Shown: one piece after another, positions 1-11,677 of the stretch | Position numbering within the stretch: the stretch's first letter is position 1 | How the letters are laid out: each line of letters opens with the position of its first letter | DNA from: Chiloscyllium plagiosum | Taxonomy: Eukaryota | Length of the DNA stretch: 35,733 bases | Reading direction: 5' to 3' | NCBI RefSeq assembly: GCF_004010195.1 | Contig: NC_057757.1 | Location: forward strand, 3,833,729 to 3,869,461 | Position numbers and translations under genes: made by a program | Notes under the pieces: model-generated | What the model saw: only the letters and a program-made list of their open reading frames with translations | What the model was told of the DNA's origin: nothing | The model's database searches: none

Positions 1-333
1 CAGGTCCTTCCTGGCTACCTTATAACTCTCAATCGCCCCAATTGAACCTTCACGCCTCATCTTTACATAGGCCGCCCTCTTCCCTTTATCAAGGGATTCC
101 AATTCCTTATTAAACCACGGCTCCCTCACACGACCCTTTCCTCCCTGCCTGACTTATCAAGGACACTCAATAGTTGCTCCTTGAACAAGCTCCACATATC
201 AGTTCCTTGAAGCTTACTTTTCCAAGCCACACATCCTAAGTCATGCCTCACCGCATCATAATTTCCCTGCCCCCAGCTATAACTCTTGCCCTGTAGTGCA
301 CACTTATCCCTCTCCATCACTAGAGTAAAAGTC
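1..333 (-). mobile_element. CR1-type LINE ORF2 fragment (region after the endonuclease domain)
   Basis: Translation RDKCALQGKSYSWGQGNYDAVRHDL..WK..MWSLFKEQL parallels the segment at 6140-6300 (EKDRPDLKVEVLNWRKANFD). Confidence 0.7.
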
Positions 334-472
334 ACACAGACACACACACACTCACACGTGCCACACACTCACAAACACACACACACTCTCACATACCTGC
401 ACTCATATACACACACATGCACACACAGACACACATGTACGCACACAAACACACACACATAGTCTCACATAC
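333..472. repeat. Degenerate (CA)n microsatellite
   Basis: Seen directly. Confidence 0.9.
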
Positions 473-790
473 AGCTCCCCATCCACCACCCTCCTCCATC
501 TTCCAGTTTGTCTTGAGGTATTGCCATGCACCTGTCAGATCTGTGATGTAATTACCAGCTTCTTTTGTAATGAATGAGGTTAAAACTATGAGGAACGACT
601 TCCTCAAAGCTGGGGCTTTTGGACAGGAATTGTTGCACAATGTATAGCCCCAAACAGGAAATAGCTACACGTTCCTCCATTGGAATGTTTAGTCATGGAA
701 ATATTGAATAATTATTTTTAGAACCAATTAAGCATAAAAAATGTGACTATACTAGAATATAACATACAGATAGGGGCATGAGAGCATTAA

Positions 791-1307
791 AGTTAAGCCT
801 CCTGTACACTGTCTCCATCAAACATGCCCAGGACAGGGACAGCACGGGGTTAAATACAGAGTAAAGCTCCCTCTACACTGTCTCCATCAAACATGCCGAG
901 GGCAGGGACAGCACGGGGTTAGATACAGAGTAAAGCTCCCTCTACACTGTTCCCCATTAAACACTCCCCAAGACAGGGACAATGTGGGGTTAGATACAGA
1001 GTAAAGCTCCCTCTCCACCGTCCCATCAAACACTGCCAGGACAGGACAGCACGGGGGTCAGATACAGAGTAAATCTCCCTCTACACTGTCCCAATAAACA
1101 CTTCCAGGACAGGGACAGCACGGGATTAGATTCAGAGTAAAGCTACCTCTACACCGTTCCCCCATCAAATACTCCCAGGACAAGGACAGCACAAGGTTAG
1201 ATGCAGAGTAAATCTCCCTGTACATTGTCCCCCATCAAACATGCCTAGGACAAGGACAGGACGGGGTTAGTTACAGAGTAAAGCAGCTTCTACATTGTCC
1301 CTATTAA
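791..1307. repeat. About 68-71 bp tandem repeat (about 7 copies)
   Basis: Unit approximately acactcccaggacagggacagcacggggttagatacagagtaaagctccctctacactgtccccatcaa. The anchor cagagtaaa recurs at about 857, 926, 997, 1065, 1133, 1204 and 1274. Confidence 0.92.
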
Positions 1308-1645
1308 ATGGTTGAGGTGAGATTGAGTTGCAGAATTTGAAATAATGAAGAGTTGTGAGGAAGTGACCAATGGGAGACGGTTAGAATTGACTGGTAATGG
1401 TAAGTGGAAGCAAATATGTCTAATAGTCAAAACAGAGGAGAAGACCGTTGTTTTAACACAATGGTCAGGTGTGTGCTGCATGCAAAGGGCAAAGGGACAC
1501 GGGCCATGGGGAACATTCAGAAGGGGAAACTGGAAGGATAGCCAAAGCATAGAAATGTTGAAAGGTTGTGGGGAAGGAGAGTATAGGGAGTAGTGTAGTG
1601 GTGATGGTTCTTACTGAATCACCTTTTCAGTCAGCTATCACAGCT

Positions 1646-1828
1646 GGGCGGCATGGTGGCACAGTGGTTAGCACTGCTGCCTCACAGCGCCAGAGACCCG
1701 GGTTCAATTGCCCATAGTGTTAGGTAAGGGGTAAATGTAGGGGTATGGGTGGGTTGCGCTTCGGCGGGTCGGTGTGGACTTGTTGGGCCGAAGGGCCTGT
1801 TTCCACACTATAATGTAATGTAATCTAA
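1646..1828 (+). mobile_element. HE1-type tRNA-derived SINE, internally deleted
   Basis: Pol III A box (tggcacagtgg) and B box (ggttcaatt) head joined directly to the 3' part (gcccatagtg...gggccgaagggcctgtttccacact) with a taat-type repeat tail. Confidence 0.8.
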
Positions 1829-2289
1829 CAATGGGCTGAATGGCTTCCATGTTGGGGGCAACCCAGAAGACAGGGCCATTCCCTGATGGCCATTCCCCGT
1901 TTGCTCTGGAGCTGCGCTCTGCTCTGTTTCGAACCCAAAAGCAAGCAGCCTCCTTTCTCGAATAGGCTTGCAACAGCCTGAGAAACTAGGCCTCAGTCCT
2001 TCCGCTGAGGCTAAGACAGCACAGGGGTCTCCCAGAAACCCAGGGGATTGGCTCCTAATCAGGAAGAGGCAGCAGATGGTTCAGGAAATTTGCCTGAGGC
2101 CTGTACAGAAGGCCCAGAGGATAAAATTACAAAATAACCTCCCACACTTCTCCCTCTCCCCCGCATTCTCCTCACTCAATCCAGGCTCCTCTACCTTTGT
2201 TCCAACAGGAAAACATGTGAACATTTTTGTTTGTTAATGATTTTGATGAGGAATAATCCCTTTACATTTGTAGAGAATCTTTATAGAAT

Positions 2290-2597
2290 CTCTACAGTGT
2301 GGAAACAGGCCCTTCGGCTCAACAAGTCCACACCGACCCTCCGAAGAGTGACCCACCCAGACCCATTCCCCCTACCTTATATTTACCCCCGAATAATGCA
2401 CCTAACCTACACATCCCGAACACTCTGGGCAATTTAGCGTGGCCAATTTACCTGAACCTGCACATCTTTGAACTGTGGGAGGAAACTGGAGCACCCAGAG
2501 GAAACCTACGCAGACACGGGGGAGAATGCGCAAACTCCACACAGACAGTCACCCGAGGCTGGAATCGAACCTGGGACCCTGGTGCTGTGAGGCAGCA
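2290..2597 (-). mobile_element. HE1-type SINE
   Basis: Reverse complement of the SINE body and tail seen at 1646 and 7865. Confidence 0.85.
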
Positions 2598-3050
2598 AAA
2601 TGATTAAGATAAGAATTGAGAAGGCATGGTTAGTCAGTTTGCGGATGACGCCAAAATCGGTGGTATAGTAGACAGTGAAGAAGGTTATCTAAGATTATAA
2701 TGGGATCTTGATGTATGGGGTCAATAGACTGAAGAGTGGCAGATGGGGTTTAATTTGGATAAACATGAGATTTTTTTGCATTTTGGTAAAACAGACAGAG
2801 GCTGGGCATGCACAATTAAAATTCAGGCCCTGGGTAGTGTTGTAGAACAGAGGGACCTAGGAGTTCAGGTACATAATTCTTTGATGTTTGTGTCACAGAT
2901 GGACAGGGGGATTAAGAAGGTGTATAGTACGTTTGCCTTCATTGCTCAGAGTATAGGAGTTGGGACGTCATGTAGAGGTTGTACAGGATGTTGCTGAGGC
3001 CTCTTCTGGGGAGCTGTGTTTAGTTCTGGTCACCCTGTTATAGGAAGGTT

Positions 3051-3576
3051 CATAGAGTCAGAGAGATGTACAGCACGGAAACAGACCCTTCGGTCCAACC
3101 TGTCCATGCTGACCAGATATCCCAACCCAATCTAGTCCCACCTGCCAGCACCCGGCCCATATCCCTCCAAACTCTTCCTATTCATATACCCATCCAAATG
3201 CCTTTTAAATGTTGCAATTGTACCAGCCTCCACCACATCCTCTGCCAGCTCATTCCATACACGTACCATGCTGCCCCTTAGGTCTCTTTTATATCTTACC
3301 CCTCTCACCTTAAACCTATGCCCTCTAGTTCTGGACTCACCGACCCCAGGGAAAAGACTTTGCCTATTTATCCTATCAATGCCCCTCATAATTCTGTAAA
3401 CCTCTATAGGGTCACCCCTCAGTCTGCAACGCTCCAGGGAAAACAGCCCCAGCCTGTTCAGCCTCTCCCTATAGCTCAAATCCTCCAAACCAGGCAACAT
3501 CCTTGTAAATCTTTCCTGAACCCTTTCAAATTTCACAACATCTTTCCGATAGGAAGGAGACCAGAATTACACACAA
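3051..3576 (-). mobile_element. CR1/HER1-type LINE 3' end
   Basis: ORF 3132-3536 (ERVQERFTRMLPGLEDLSYRERLNRLGLFSLE..RLRGD..WNEL..FKRHLD) plus the 3' UTR ending in ctctatgactct-like repeats. Confidence 0.9.
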
Positions 3577-3939
3577 TGGTTCAGCCATTGTTGAAATAAT
3601 GTCCTGGAGAGGGTTCAGAAAACATTTACCAGGATGTTGCCAGGACTGGAGGGTTTGAGTTATAAGGAGAGGCAGGATAGGCTGGGACTTTTTTCATTGG
3701 ATTACAGGAGGCTGAGGGATGACCTGATAGAGATTTATAAAATCATGAGGGGTATAGGTAAGGCGAGTGGCTTTTCCCTAGGTTGGGGGATTTCAAGACT
3801 ACGGGCACATTTTTAAGGTGAGAGGAGAAAGATTTAAAAAAGATACGAGGAAAAACTTTTTTGAACAGAGAGTGGTTTGTGTGTGGAATGAACTTCCTGA
3901 GGAAGTGGTGGATGTTAGTCCAATTAAATTGTTTAAAAG

Positions 3940-4370
3940 TGTCACGGTGGCTCAGTGGTTAGCACTGCTGCCTCACAGCGCTAGGGACCAGAGTTCGATT
4001 CCGCCCTTGGGCGACTGTCTGCATGGAGTTTGCATGGTCTCCCAATGTCTGTGTGGGCTTTTCCACCAACAGTCCAAAGATGTGCTGGTTAAGGTGGATT
4101 GGCCGTGCTAAATTGTCCCATGGTGTCCAGGGATGTATAGGTTAGGGTGGGTTGGCCATGCTAAATTGCCCCATAGTGCCCAGGGATGTATAGGTTAGGG
4201 TGGGTTGGCCATGCTAAATTGTCCCATAGTGCCCAGGGATGTATAGGTTAGCTGCATTAGTCAGGGGCAAATGTACAGAAATAGGATAGGGGAATGGGTT
4301 CGGGTGGGATACTCTTCGGAGGTTTGGTGTGGACTTGTTGGTCTGTTTCCACACTGTGGGGATTCTATGA
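3940..4370 (+). mobile_element. HE1-type SINE with about 3 copies of the internal 53-bp unit
   Basis: tRNA-like head at 3945-4005 and repeated ggttagggtgg..ggccatgctaaattg.cccatagtgcccagggatgt. Confidence 0.85.
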
Positions 4371-6029
4371 TGTATGAAATGACATTTGAATACGGAAAGT
4401 TTTAAGGGACAGGGGTCAAGAGCGGGCAGGTGGGACTAGTTTAATTTGGGATTATATCCAGCACAGGGTGGTTGGGCTGAAGGGTCTGTTTCAGTGCTGC
4501 AGGACACTTCCTTGAAAATGCTTCGGCCTCAACTAATTTCCAGAGCAGAGATTGACGTGGGAGAGCACGGGGCTGACCTTTGTATCAAGGGAACTAGCAA
4601 CGCAGGTTTACATTTTAGAAAGAGTGATTAGGGACTGCTGTGGAAACAAAGTTTCCTTGCAAGGGAATCACAGAATGCCAACATGTGGGACCCACGCACG
4701 AGGAACGCCAATGGAATGTTGGTGTTGACTGCCAAAGCATTGGCCCTTTAAAGATAGAATGACCGTCTTCTAGTTGGCCAGGACATTGGCCAGTCATTGC
4801 AGGGGGATCTATGTCGAGTTTTGCCTCCCTTATTTGTCCTGAAAGTAGCTCAAAGAAGATTCACTCAGCTGTCTCCTGGGAAGAAGATGTCTTTGTCTTC
4901 TGTTGGGGTGCTGTCGTTCAAAAAAATGGGAGGCGATCGCTTTTGGACCCTGCAAAGTTCTGAGGGTTTATAGAAAAGCAAAATGCTGGAAATCTGAAAT
5001 GGATCATAGGGAGTTTAGGGATAACCTTATAGAGGCATAAATAAATATCTGGATTAGAATGGAATAGTGTAGGATAGATGGGCTTTAGATTGGTTCTACA
5101 GGTCGGTGCAACATTGAGGGCCGAAGGGCCTGTACTGTGTTGTAATATTCTATGTTCAAAGGTCTTTTCCCGAGGGTGGGGGAGTTCAGAACTGGGGAGA
5201 CCATACTTTTAAGGTGGGAGCAGAAAGGACATGAGGGGCAACATTTTTACACAGACAGTGGTTCATGTGTGGAATGAACTTCCTGAGGAAGTGGTGGATG
5301 TGAGTACAGTTCCAACGTTTCAGAGACATTTGGATAGGTACATGAAAAGGAAAAGTTTAGAGGTTTATGGGTCAGGAGCAGGCAGGTGGGGCTAGTTTGC
5401 TTTGAGATTATGGTCAGCATGGACGGGTTGGGCCAAAGGGTCTGGTTCAGTGCTGGATGACTCTGTGAGAAAAGACAGACAATAGATACTGGACTGGCTT
5501 GGCAAGATTAACAAGGGGTAACATTTTGAATCCAGTACAGCTCTCCTTCAGAACACTGCTTCTTCAAATCTTCAATGTTCCGAAGAGTCATTGCAGACTA
5601 GAGATTTTCCTCTCTCCACAGATCCTGCTCAATGTCTCCCAAGTTCTGAGGGAGTGAGTGAGGCTGGGGGGAGCTTAGGTGCCAGGAGAATGTGACTCTC
5701 CCACCCCGTCAGTGTATGAATAGAGGGGGCACAGTTTCAAAATGTTGACTCGCTCATGTTGAGATGGAATGTCTTCTCTCAGAGAGTCTTGTGGTTTTTT
5801 TTTTTTGGAATTCCCTTCCAGGCTGGTGAAAGTATCCGAGGCCAAGATCGAACCATAGGTGAGGTCATGAGAAGGGGGAGAGCAGGCAGGAAGTAGATGT
5901 GGGCTGCGATGCTATGGAATGCTGGAACAAACTGGAAGGGCTGAATGGCCTCATTCCATCTCTTATTTCAAACAGTAGAAAGTGCACTTGGCCACTGTCG
6001 TGATGGCCAGTCAATTTGTCAACGACATT

Positions 6030-7375
6030 TGTTGACCTACTCTTGGGAAATAAGGCAAGGCAGGTGACTGAGGTGTCAGTGGGGGAGCACTTTGGGGCCA
6101 GTGACCATAATTCTATCAGATTTGAAATAGTGATGGAAAAGGATAGACCAGATCTTAAAGTTGAAGTTCTAAATTGGAGAAAGGCCAATTTTGACGTATT
6201 AGGCAAGAACGTTCGAAAGCTGATTGGGGGCAGATGTTCGCAGGTAAAAGGACGGCTGGAAAATCGCAAGCCTTCAGAAATGAGCTAACAAGAATCCAGA
6301 GAAAGTATATTCCTGTCAGGGTGAAAGGAAAGGCTGGTAAGTATAGGGAATGCTGGATGACTAAAGAAATTGAGGGTTTGGCTAAGAAAAAGAAGGAAGT
6401 GTATGTAAGGTATAGACAGGATAGATCGAGTGAATCCTCAGAAGAGTATAAAGGCAGTAGGAGTATACTTAAGAGGGAAATCAGGAGGACAAAAAGGGGA
6501 CTTGAAATAGCTTTGGCAAATAGAATTAAGGAGAATTGAAAGAGTTTTTACAAATATATTAAGGACAAAAGGGTAACTAGGGAGAGAATAGGGCCCCTCA
6601 AAGATCAGATAAATGCGAGGTGCTGCATTTTGGAAAAGCAAGTCAGAGTAGGATTTATACACTTAATGGTAAGGTCCTAGGAAGTGTTGCTGAACAAAGA
6701 GACCTTGGAGTGCAGGTTCATAGCTCTTTGAAAGTGGAGTCGCAGGTAGATAGGATAGTGAAGAAGGCATTTGGTATGCTTTCCTTTATTGGTCAGAGCA
6801 TTGAGTACAGAGTTGGGAGGTCATGTTGCGGCTGTACAGGACATTGGTTAGGCCACTGTTGGAATATTGTGTGCAATTCTGGTCTCCTTCCGATTGTAAA
6901 GACGTTGTAAAACTTGAAAGGGTTCAGAAAAGGTTTACAAGGATGTTGCCATGGTTGGAGGATTTGAGCTATAGGGAGAGGCTGAACAGGCTGGGGCTAA
7001 TTTCCCTGGAGCGTCGGAGGCTGAGGGGTGACCTTATAGAGGTTTAAAAAATTATGAGGGGCATGGATAGGGTAAATAGACAAAGTCTTTTCCTTGGGGT
7101 GGGGGAGTCCAGAACTAGATGGTTTAGGGTGAGAGGGGAAAGAAATCAAAGAGACCTAAGGGGCAATTTTTTCACAGAGAGGGTGGTACGTGTATGGAAT
7201 GAGTTGCAACATTTAAGAGGCTTTTGGATGGGTATATGAATAGGAAGGGTTTGGAGGGATATGGACCAGGTGCTGGCAGGTGGGACTAGATTGGGTTGGG
7301 ATATCTGGTCAGCATGGACAGGTTGGACCGAAGGGTCTGTTTCCGTGCTGTACATCTCTATGACTCTTTGACTCT
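6030..7375 (+). mobile_element. CR1/HER1-type LINE, 5' truncated, with a large internal deletion at about 6608
   Basis: Endonuclease C-terminus (LDLLL..GEHFGASDHNSIRF), then post-EN region to gggcccctcaaagatcag, jumping directly to ataaatgcgaggtgctgcattttgg (after the RT core), then the 3' UTR. Confidence 0.9.
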
Positions 7376-7489
7376 AAGAACGTGACAATGACGGGGTAGT
7401 TTCCTCATAAAGTTGATTGAGGGAGAAGGATTGGATGAGTCACAGAGCAGAGCACCGTCAAAGCTTTCTCTTATTGCAATTATTTTAAA

Positions 7490-7822
7490 AATTCATTTGT
7501 TGGATGAGGGCATCTCTGGTTAGGCCCAGCATTTATTGTCCATCCCCAGTTGCCCTGAGGGCAGTTTAAGGGTCATCCATCATTGGACTGTGGGCTTGGG
7601 GCCACATAGAGGCCAGACCAGATCAGGTTGGCAGCTTCTGTCCCTCACGGTGAACCTGATGGGCTTTTCCCACAATGGATTCATGGTCAAGACTCTTTAA
7701 TTCCAGGTTTGCATTGAATTCAAATCCATGCTTCTGCCGTGGCAGGATTTGAACCCAGGTCCCCCAGAACATTAACTGCCTTCCAGGATTAACAGTCTAG
7801 CAATAATATCACTAGGCTATCC
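7490..7822 (-). mobile_element. Second tRNA-derived SINE family (3' tail shared with the LINE at 13480-14310)
   Basis: On the minus strand it has an A-box-like tagcctagtgat, a B box ggttcaaatcc, and ends gggcaactggggatggacaataaatgctgg. Further copies at about 10860-11072, 28805-29025 and 35145-35425. Confidence 0.7.
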
Positions 7823-7864
7823 TTTTGCACGATTGAAGTTATCTGGCACAGCTGAGCCATTCAT

Positions 7865-9280
7865 TGGTGGCTCAGTGGTTAGCACTGCTGCCTTACAGCG
7901 CCAGGGACTCAGGTTTGATTCCAGCCCCAGGCCAACTGTCTGAGTGGAGTTTGTACATTCTCCCCGTGTCTGCATTGGTTTCCTCCGGGTGCTCTGGTTT
8001 CCTCCCACAGTCCAAAGCTGTGCAGGTTAGGGTGGATTTGCCGTGCTAAATTGCCCCATGGTGTACAGGGATGTGTAGGTTAGGATGGATTGGTTGTGTT
8101 AAATTGTCCCATAGTGCCCAGGGATGTGCAGGTTAGGATGGATTGGCCGTGCTAAATTGTCCCATAGTGCCCAGGGATGTGCAGATTAGGGTGGATTGGC
8201 CATGCTAAATTGTCCTGTAGTGCCCAGGGATGTGCAGGTTAGGATGGATTGGCTGTGCTAAATTGTCCCATAGTGCCCAGGGATGTGCAGGTTAGGGTGG
8301 ATCGGCCATACTAAATTGTCCCATAGTGCCCAGGGATGTGCAGGTTAGGGCGGATTGGCCATGCTAAATTGTCCCATAGTGCCCAGGGATGTGCAGGTTA
8401 AGGTGGATCGGTCATGCGAAATTGTCCCATAGTGCCCAGTGATGTGCAGGTTAGGGTGGATCGGCCGTGCTAAATTGTCCCATAGTGCCCAGGGATGTGC
8501 AGGTTAGGGTGGATTGGCCATGCTAAATTGTCCCATAGTGCCCAGGGATGTGCAGGTTAGGGTGGATTGGCCATACTAAAGTGTCCCATAGTGCCCAGGG
8601 ATGTGCAGGTTAGGGTGGATCGGTCATGCTAAATTGTCCCATAGTGCCCAGTGATGTGCAGGTTAGGGTGGATCGGCCATGCTANNNNNNNNNNNNNNNN
8701 NNNNNNNNNNNNNNNNNNNNNNNNNNNNNNNNNNNNNNNNNNNNNNNNNNNNNNNNNNNNNNNNNNNNNNNNNNNNNNNNNNNNNNNNNNNNNNNNNNNN
8801 NNNNNNNNNNNNNNNNNNNNNNNNNNNNNNNNNNNNNNNNNNNNNNNNNNNNNNNNNNNNNNNNNNNNNNNNNNNNNNNNNNNNNNNNNNNNNNNNNNNN
8901 NNNNNNNNNNNNNNNNNNNNNNNNNNNNNNNNNNNNNNNNNNNNNNNNNNNNNNNNNNNNNNNNNNNNNNNNNNNNNNNNNNNNNNNNNNNNNNNNNNNN
9001 NNNNNNNNNNNNNNNNNNNNNNNNNNNNNNNNNNNNNNNNNNNNNNNNNNNNNNNNNNNNNNNNNNNNNNNNNNNNNNNNGGTTAGGGTGGATTGGCCAT
9101 GCTAAATTGACCCATAGTGCCCAGGGATGTGCAGGTTAGGGTGGGTTGGCCGTGCTAAATTGTCCCATCGTCCCCAGGGAATTGTGGGTTAGCCAAAGGA
9201 AATGCAGGCTCGCAGGGATTGGGATACTCTTTGGAGGGTTGGTGTGGACTGGATGGGCCTGCTCCCACACTGTAGGGACT
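7865..9280 (+). mobile_element. HE1-type SINE with a greatly expanded internal 53-bp minisatellite (spans N gap 8685-9080)
   Basis: SINE head 7865-8015, about 12.5 tandem units before the gap, about 2 after it, then the SINE tail at 9185-9280. Confidence 0.9.
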
Positions 9281-9899
9281 TCTTGCTTCAGCTGAATATC
9301 TAATGTCTTTTTAAAAAGAAACAAGAAGCTCTGAGTGCAGATATTCCCTCAGCTCTGCATTGGGATAGCAGCCTGCATTGCTGGTGTCTGAGAATTTGAA
9401 CCGAGAAACACAAATTCCTGCCCACCCTGAGGCATGTCCAAATAGTACCATTCACACAATTGGAAAGATAGAATAGGGAGGGGTGTGTACTAAAAACAGA
9501 AAGAGTTTTGAGATTTAAGTCAGTTCAGCTTGAATGAATGACGTGTCTCATGAAATTAGCATTGCCCCCCCCTTAGTGCTCTGTCTCTCTGTGTGTGTCT
9601 CTCTCTGCCAACTAGTTTCGTTTTATTGAACTCAGTTTATAGGAGGACTACGCTCCAAACATTTGCCCAAGGGCATTGACTCAAACAATAATCTCACATA
9701 GCTTCCCAGTTTCAAAAACAAAGTTAAAAATACCTTTGATTGTGTTCGCAAACACACCCTGTGCACAGCTGTTGTGGTAACTAACCCTTGTGTGTGTGTG
9801 TGAGGGGGAGTGGAGCACTGAATTACATCATCACCGAGTGATTCAGCAGAAAGATTGAGGCCATTCACGCCATACTGGCTCTGTGAGGAATCCATCTCA

Positions 9900-9964
9900 C
9901 TCCTCTCTCGCGCACACAAATATGCATACTCTCTCTCACACACTCTCGTACACACACATAAACA

Positions 9965-9996
<32 letters not shown>

Positions 9997-10826
9997 TACT
10001 CTCACATTCTCAGACACACCCACACTGTCTCTCTCACTTACACGCACACGTACATATTCTCCTACATGCACTCACACACTGTTACACACGGACACATACA
10101 CTCACATACTCATGCTCACACACACACAAANNNNNNNNNNNNNNNNNNNNNNNNNNNNNNNNNNNNNNNNNNNNNNNNNNNNNNNNNNNNNNNNNNNNNN
10201 NNNNNNNNNNNNNNNNNNNNNNNNNNNNNNNNNNNNNNNNNNNNNNNNNNNNNNNNNNNNNNNNNNNNNNNNNNNNNNNNNNNNNNNNNNNNNNNNNNNN
10301 NNNNNNNNNNNNNNNNNNNNNNNNNNNNNNNNNNNNNNNNNNNNNNNNNNNNNNNNNNNNNNNNNNNNNNNNNNNNNNNNNNNNNNNNNNNNNNNNNNNN
10401 NNNNNNNNNNNNNNNNNNNNNNNNNNNNNNNNNNNNNNNNNNNNNNNNNNNNNNNNNNNNNNNNNNNNNNNNNNNNNNNNNNNNNNNNNNNNNNNNNNNN
10501 NNNNNNNNNNNNNNNNNNNNNNNNNNNNNNNNNNNNNNNNNNNNNNNNNNNNNNNNNNNNNNNNNNNNNNNNNNNNNNNNNNNNNNNNNNNNNNNNNNNN
10601 NNNNNNNNNNNNNNNNNNNNNNNNNNNNNNNNNNNNNNNNNNNNNNNNNNNNNNNNNNNNNNNNNNNNNNNNNNNNNNNNNNNNNNNNNNNNNNNNNNNN
10701 NNNNACGCACACACTCACACACAGACTCCCATACATACACACATTCCCATACACACACACAGTCACACACAGACTCACAGTCTCACACACACATACTCTC
10801 TCTTACACACACACACACAGACACCC
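9900..10826. repeat. Degenerate CA/CT microsatellite tract containing N gap 10131-10704
   Basis: Seen directly. Confidence 0.9.
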
Positions 10827-11264
10827 CCCAGCCAGCTTTTAATTTCCAATTGCTTTTAAAAATTCATTCACAGGGTGAGGGCGTCTCTGGTTAGGCCTAG
10901 TATTTATTGCCTATCTTTAATTGCCCATTGGCTGTGGGTCTGGGGTCACCGGTCGGCCAAGCCAGGTGAGGACAACAGATTTCCTTCTCTCCAGGGCATT
11001 AGTGACCGAGATGGGTATTTTTCGACAATCGACAATGGATTCATCGTCATCCTTAGTCTCTTAAATTCCAGGTATCTTGAATGTTCCCATGAATCTACCT
11101 CCCTCAGGCAGGGGTTCCAGAACACATCAACTTGCTTCACAAATTTCTTTCCTTTCTCTGAAATGGGTGTATTTTCTGTTTGTAGGCAGTACCTCATTTA
11201 AGCAAATTTATTTCTGTTGCTTGTTTAAATGAGGTGCTTAAACTAATCTGTAACCTGGCATAAT

Positions 11265-11552
11265 TGAGATTCGATTCGATTCCCTACAGTGTGGAAACAG
11301 GCCCTTCGGCCCAACCAGCCCTCCTAAGAGTAACCCACCCAGACTCATTTCCCTCTGACTAATGTACCTAGCACCAGGCAATTTAGCATGGCCAGCTCAC
11401 CTAATCTGCATATTTTTGGACTGTGGGAGGAAACCCACACAGACACGAGGGAATGTGCAAACTCCACACAGACAATCACCTGAGGCTGGAATCGAACCTG
11501 GGACCCTGGTGCTGTGAGGCAGCAATGCTAACCATTGAGCCACCGTGCTGCC
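11265..11552 (-). mobile_element. HE1-type SINE
   Basis: Reverse complement of the HE1 head, body and tail. Confidence 0.85.
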
Positions 11553-11677
11553 TAAATGGGGAGGAATTTCTTCTCTCAGAGGGTTATTCACCTTTAACAT
11601 TCTCAACGTGCCAGCACTCCGTTCCCTTCAGGTCGCTAAACTTATTAGATAAAGCAGTAATTCATGGGGATACCTGA

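Larger units (their letters stand above)
2600..4500 (+). mobile_element. Older CR1-type LINE 3' part (RT C-terminus and 3' UTR), interrupted by a minus-strand LINE (about 3051-3576) and an HE1 SINE (about 3940-4370)
   Basis: FADD motif at about 2638, then LHFGK, QRDLGVQVH, RMLPGLEGLSY, NFF..RVV..WNELP, and the 3' UTR resuming at about 4380. Confidence 0.85.

Noticed and set aside
791..1307. Regularly spaced repeats resembling a CRISPR array (also 8020-9180)
   Set aside because: Units are contiguous with no unique spacers, there are no cas genes, and the context is a vertebrate genome.
1646..1715. tRNA-like sequence with A and B boxes (and other SINE heads)
   Set aside because: It continues into the SINE body and tail, and no complete cloverleaf is evident, so it is a SINE head rather than a tRNA gene.
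1850..2230. Non-repeat segment with AP-2-like (gcctgaggc) and ETS-like (caggaa) motifs as a promoter or enhancer
   Set aside because: Short motifs are expected by chance, and there is no linked start site or exon.
9808..9830. gagtggagcactgaatta (EWSTEL) as the missing PLAC8 N-terminal WSTGL motif
   Set aside because: No following CxCC residues, no suitable phase-1 donor, and no QP-rich upstream sequence.
8626..10894. Long ORFs in the track spanning N gaps and CA tracts (also 24107-24595, 29144-30586, 33563-34768)
   Set aside because: They are open only because of Ns or low-complexity HT/CV repeats and are not evidence of coding.
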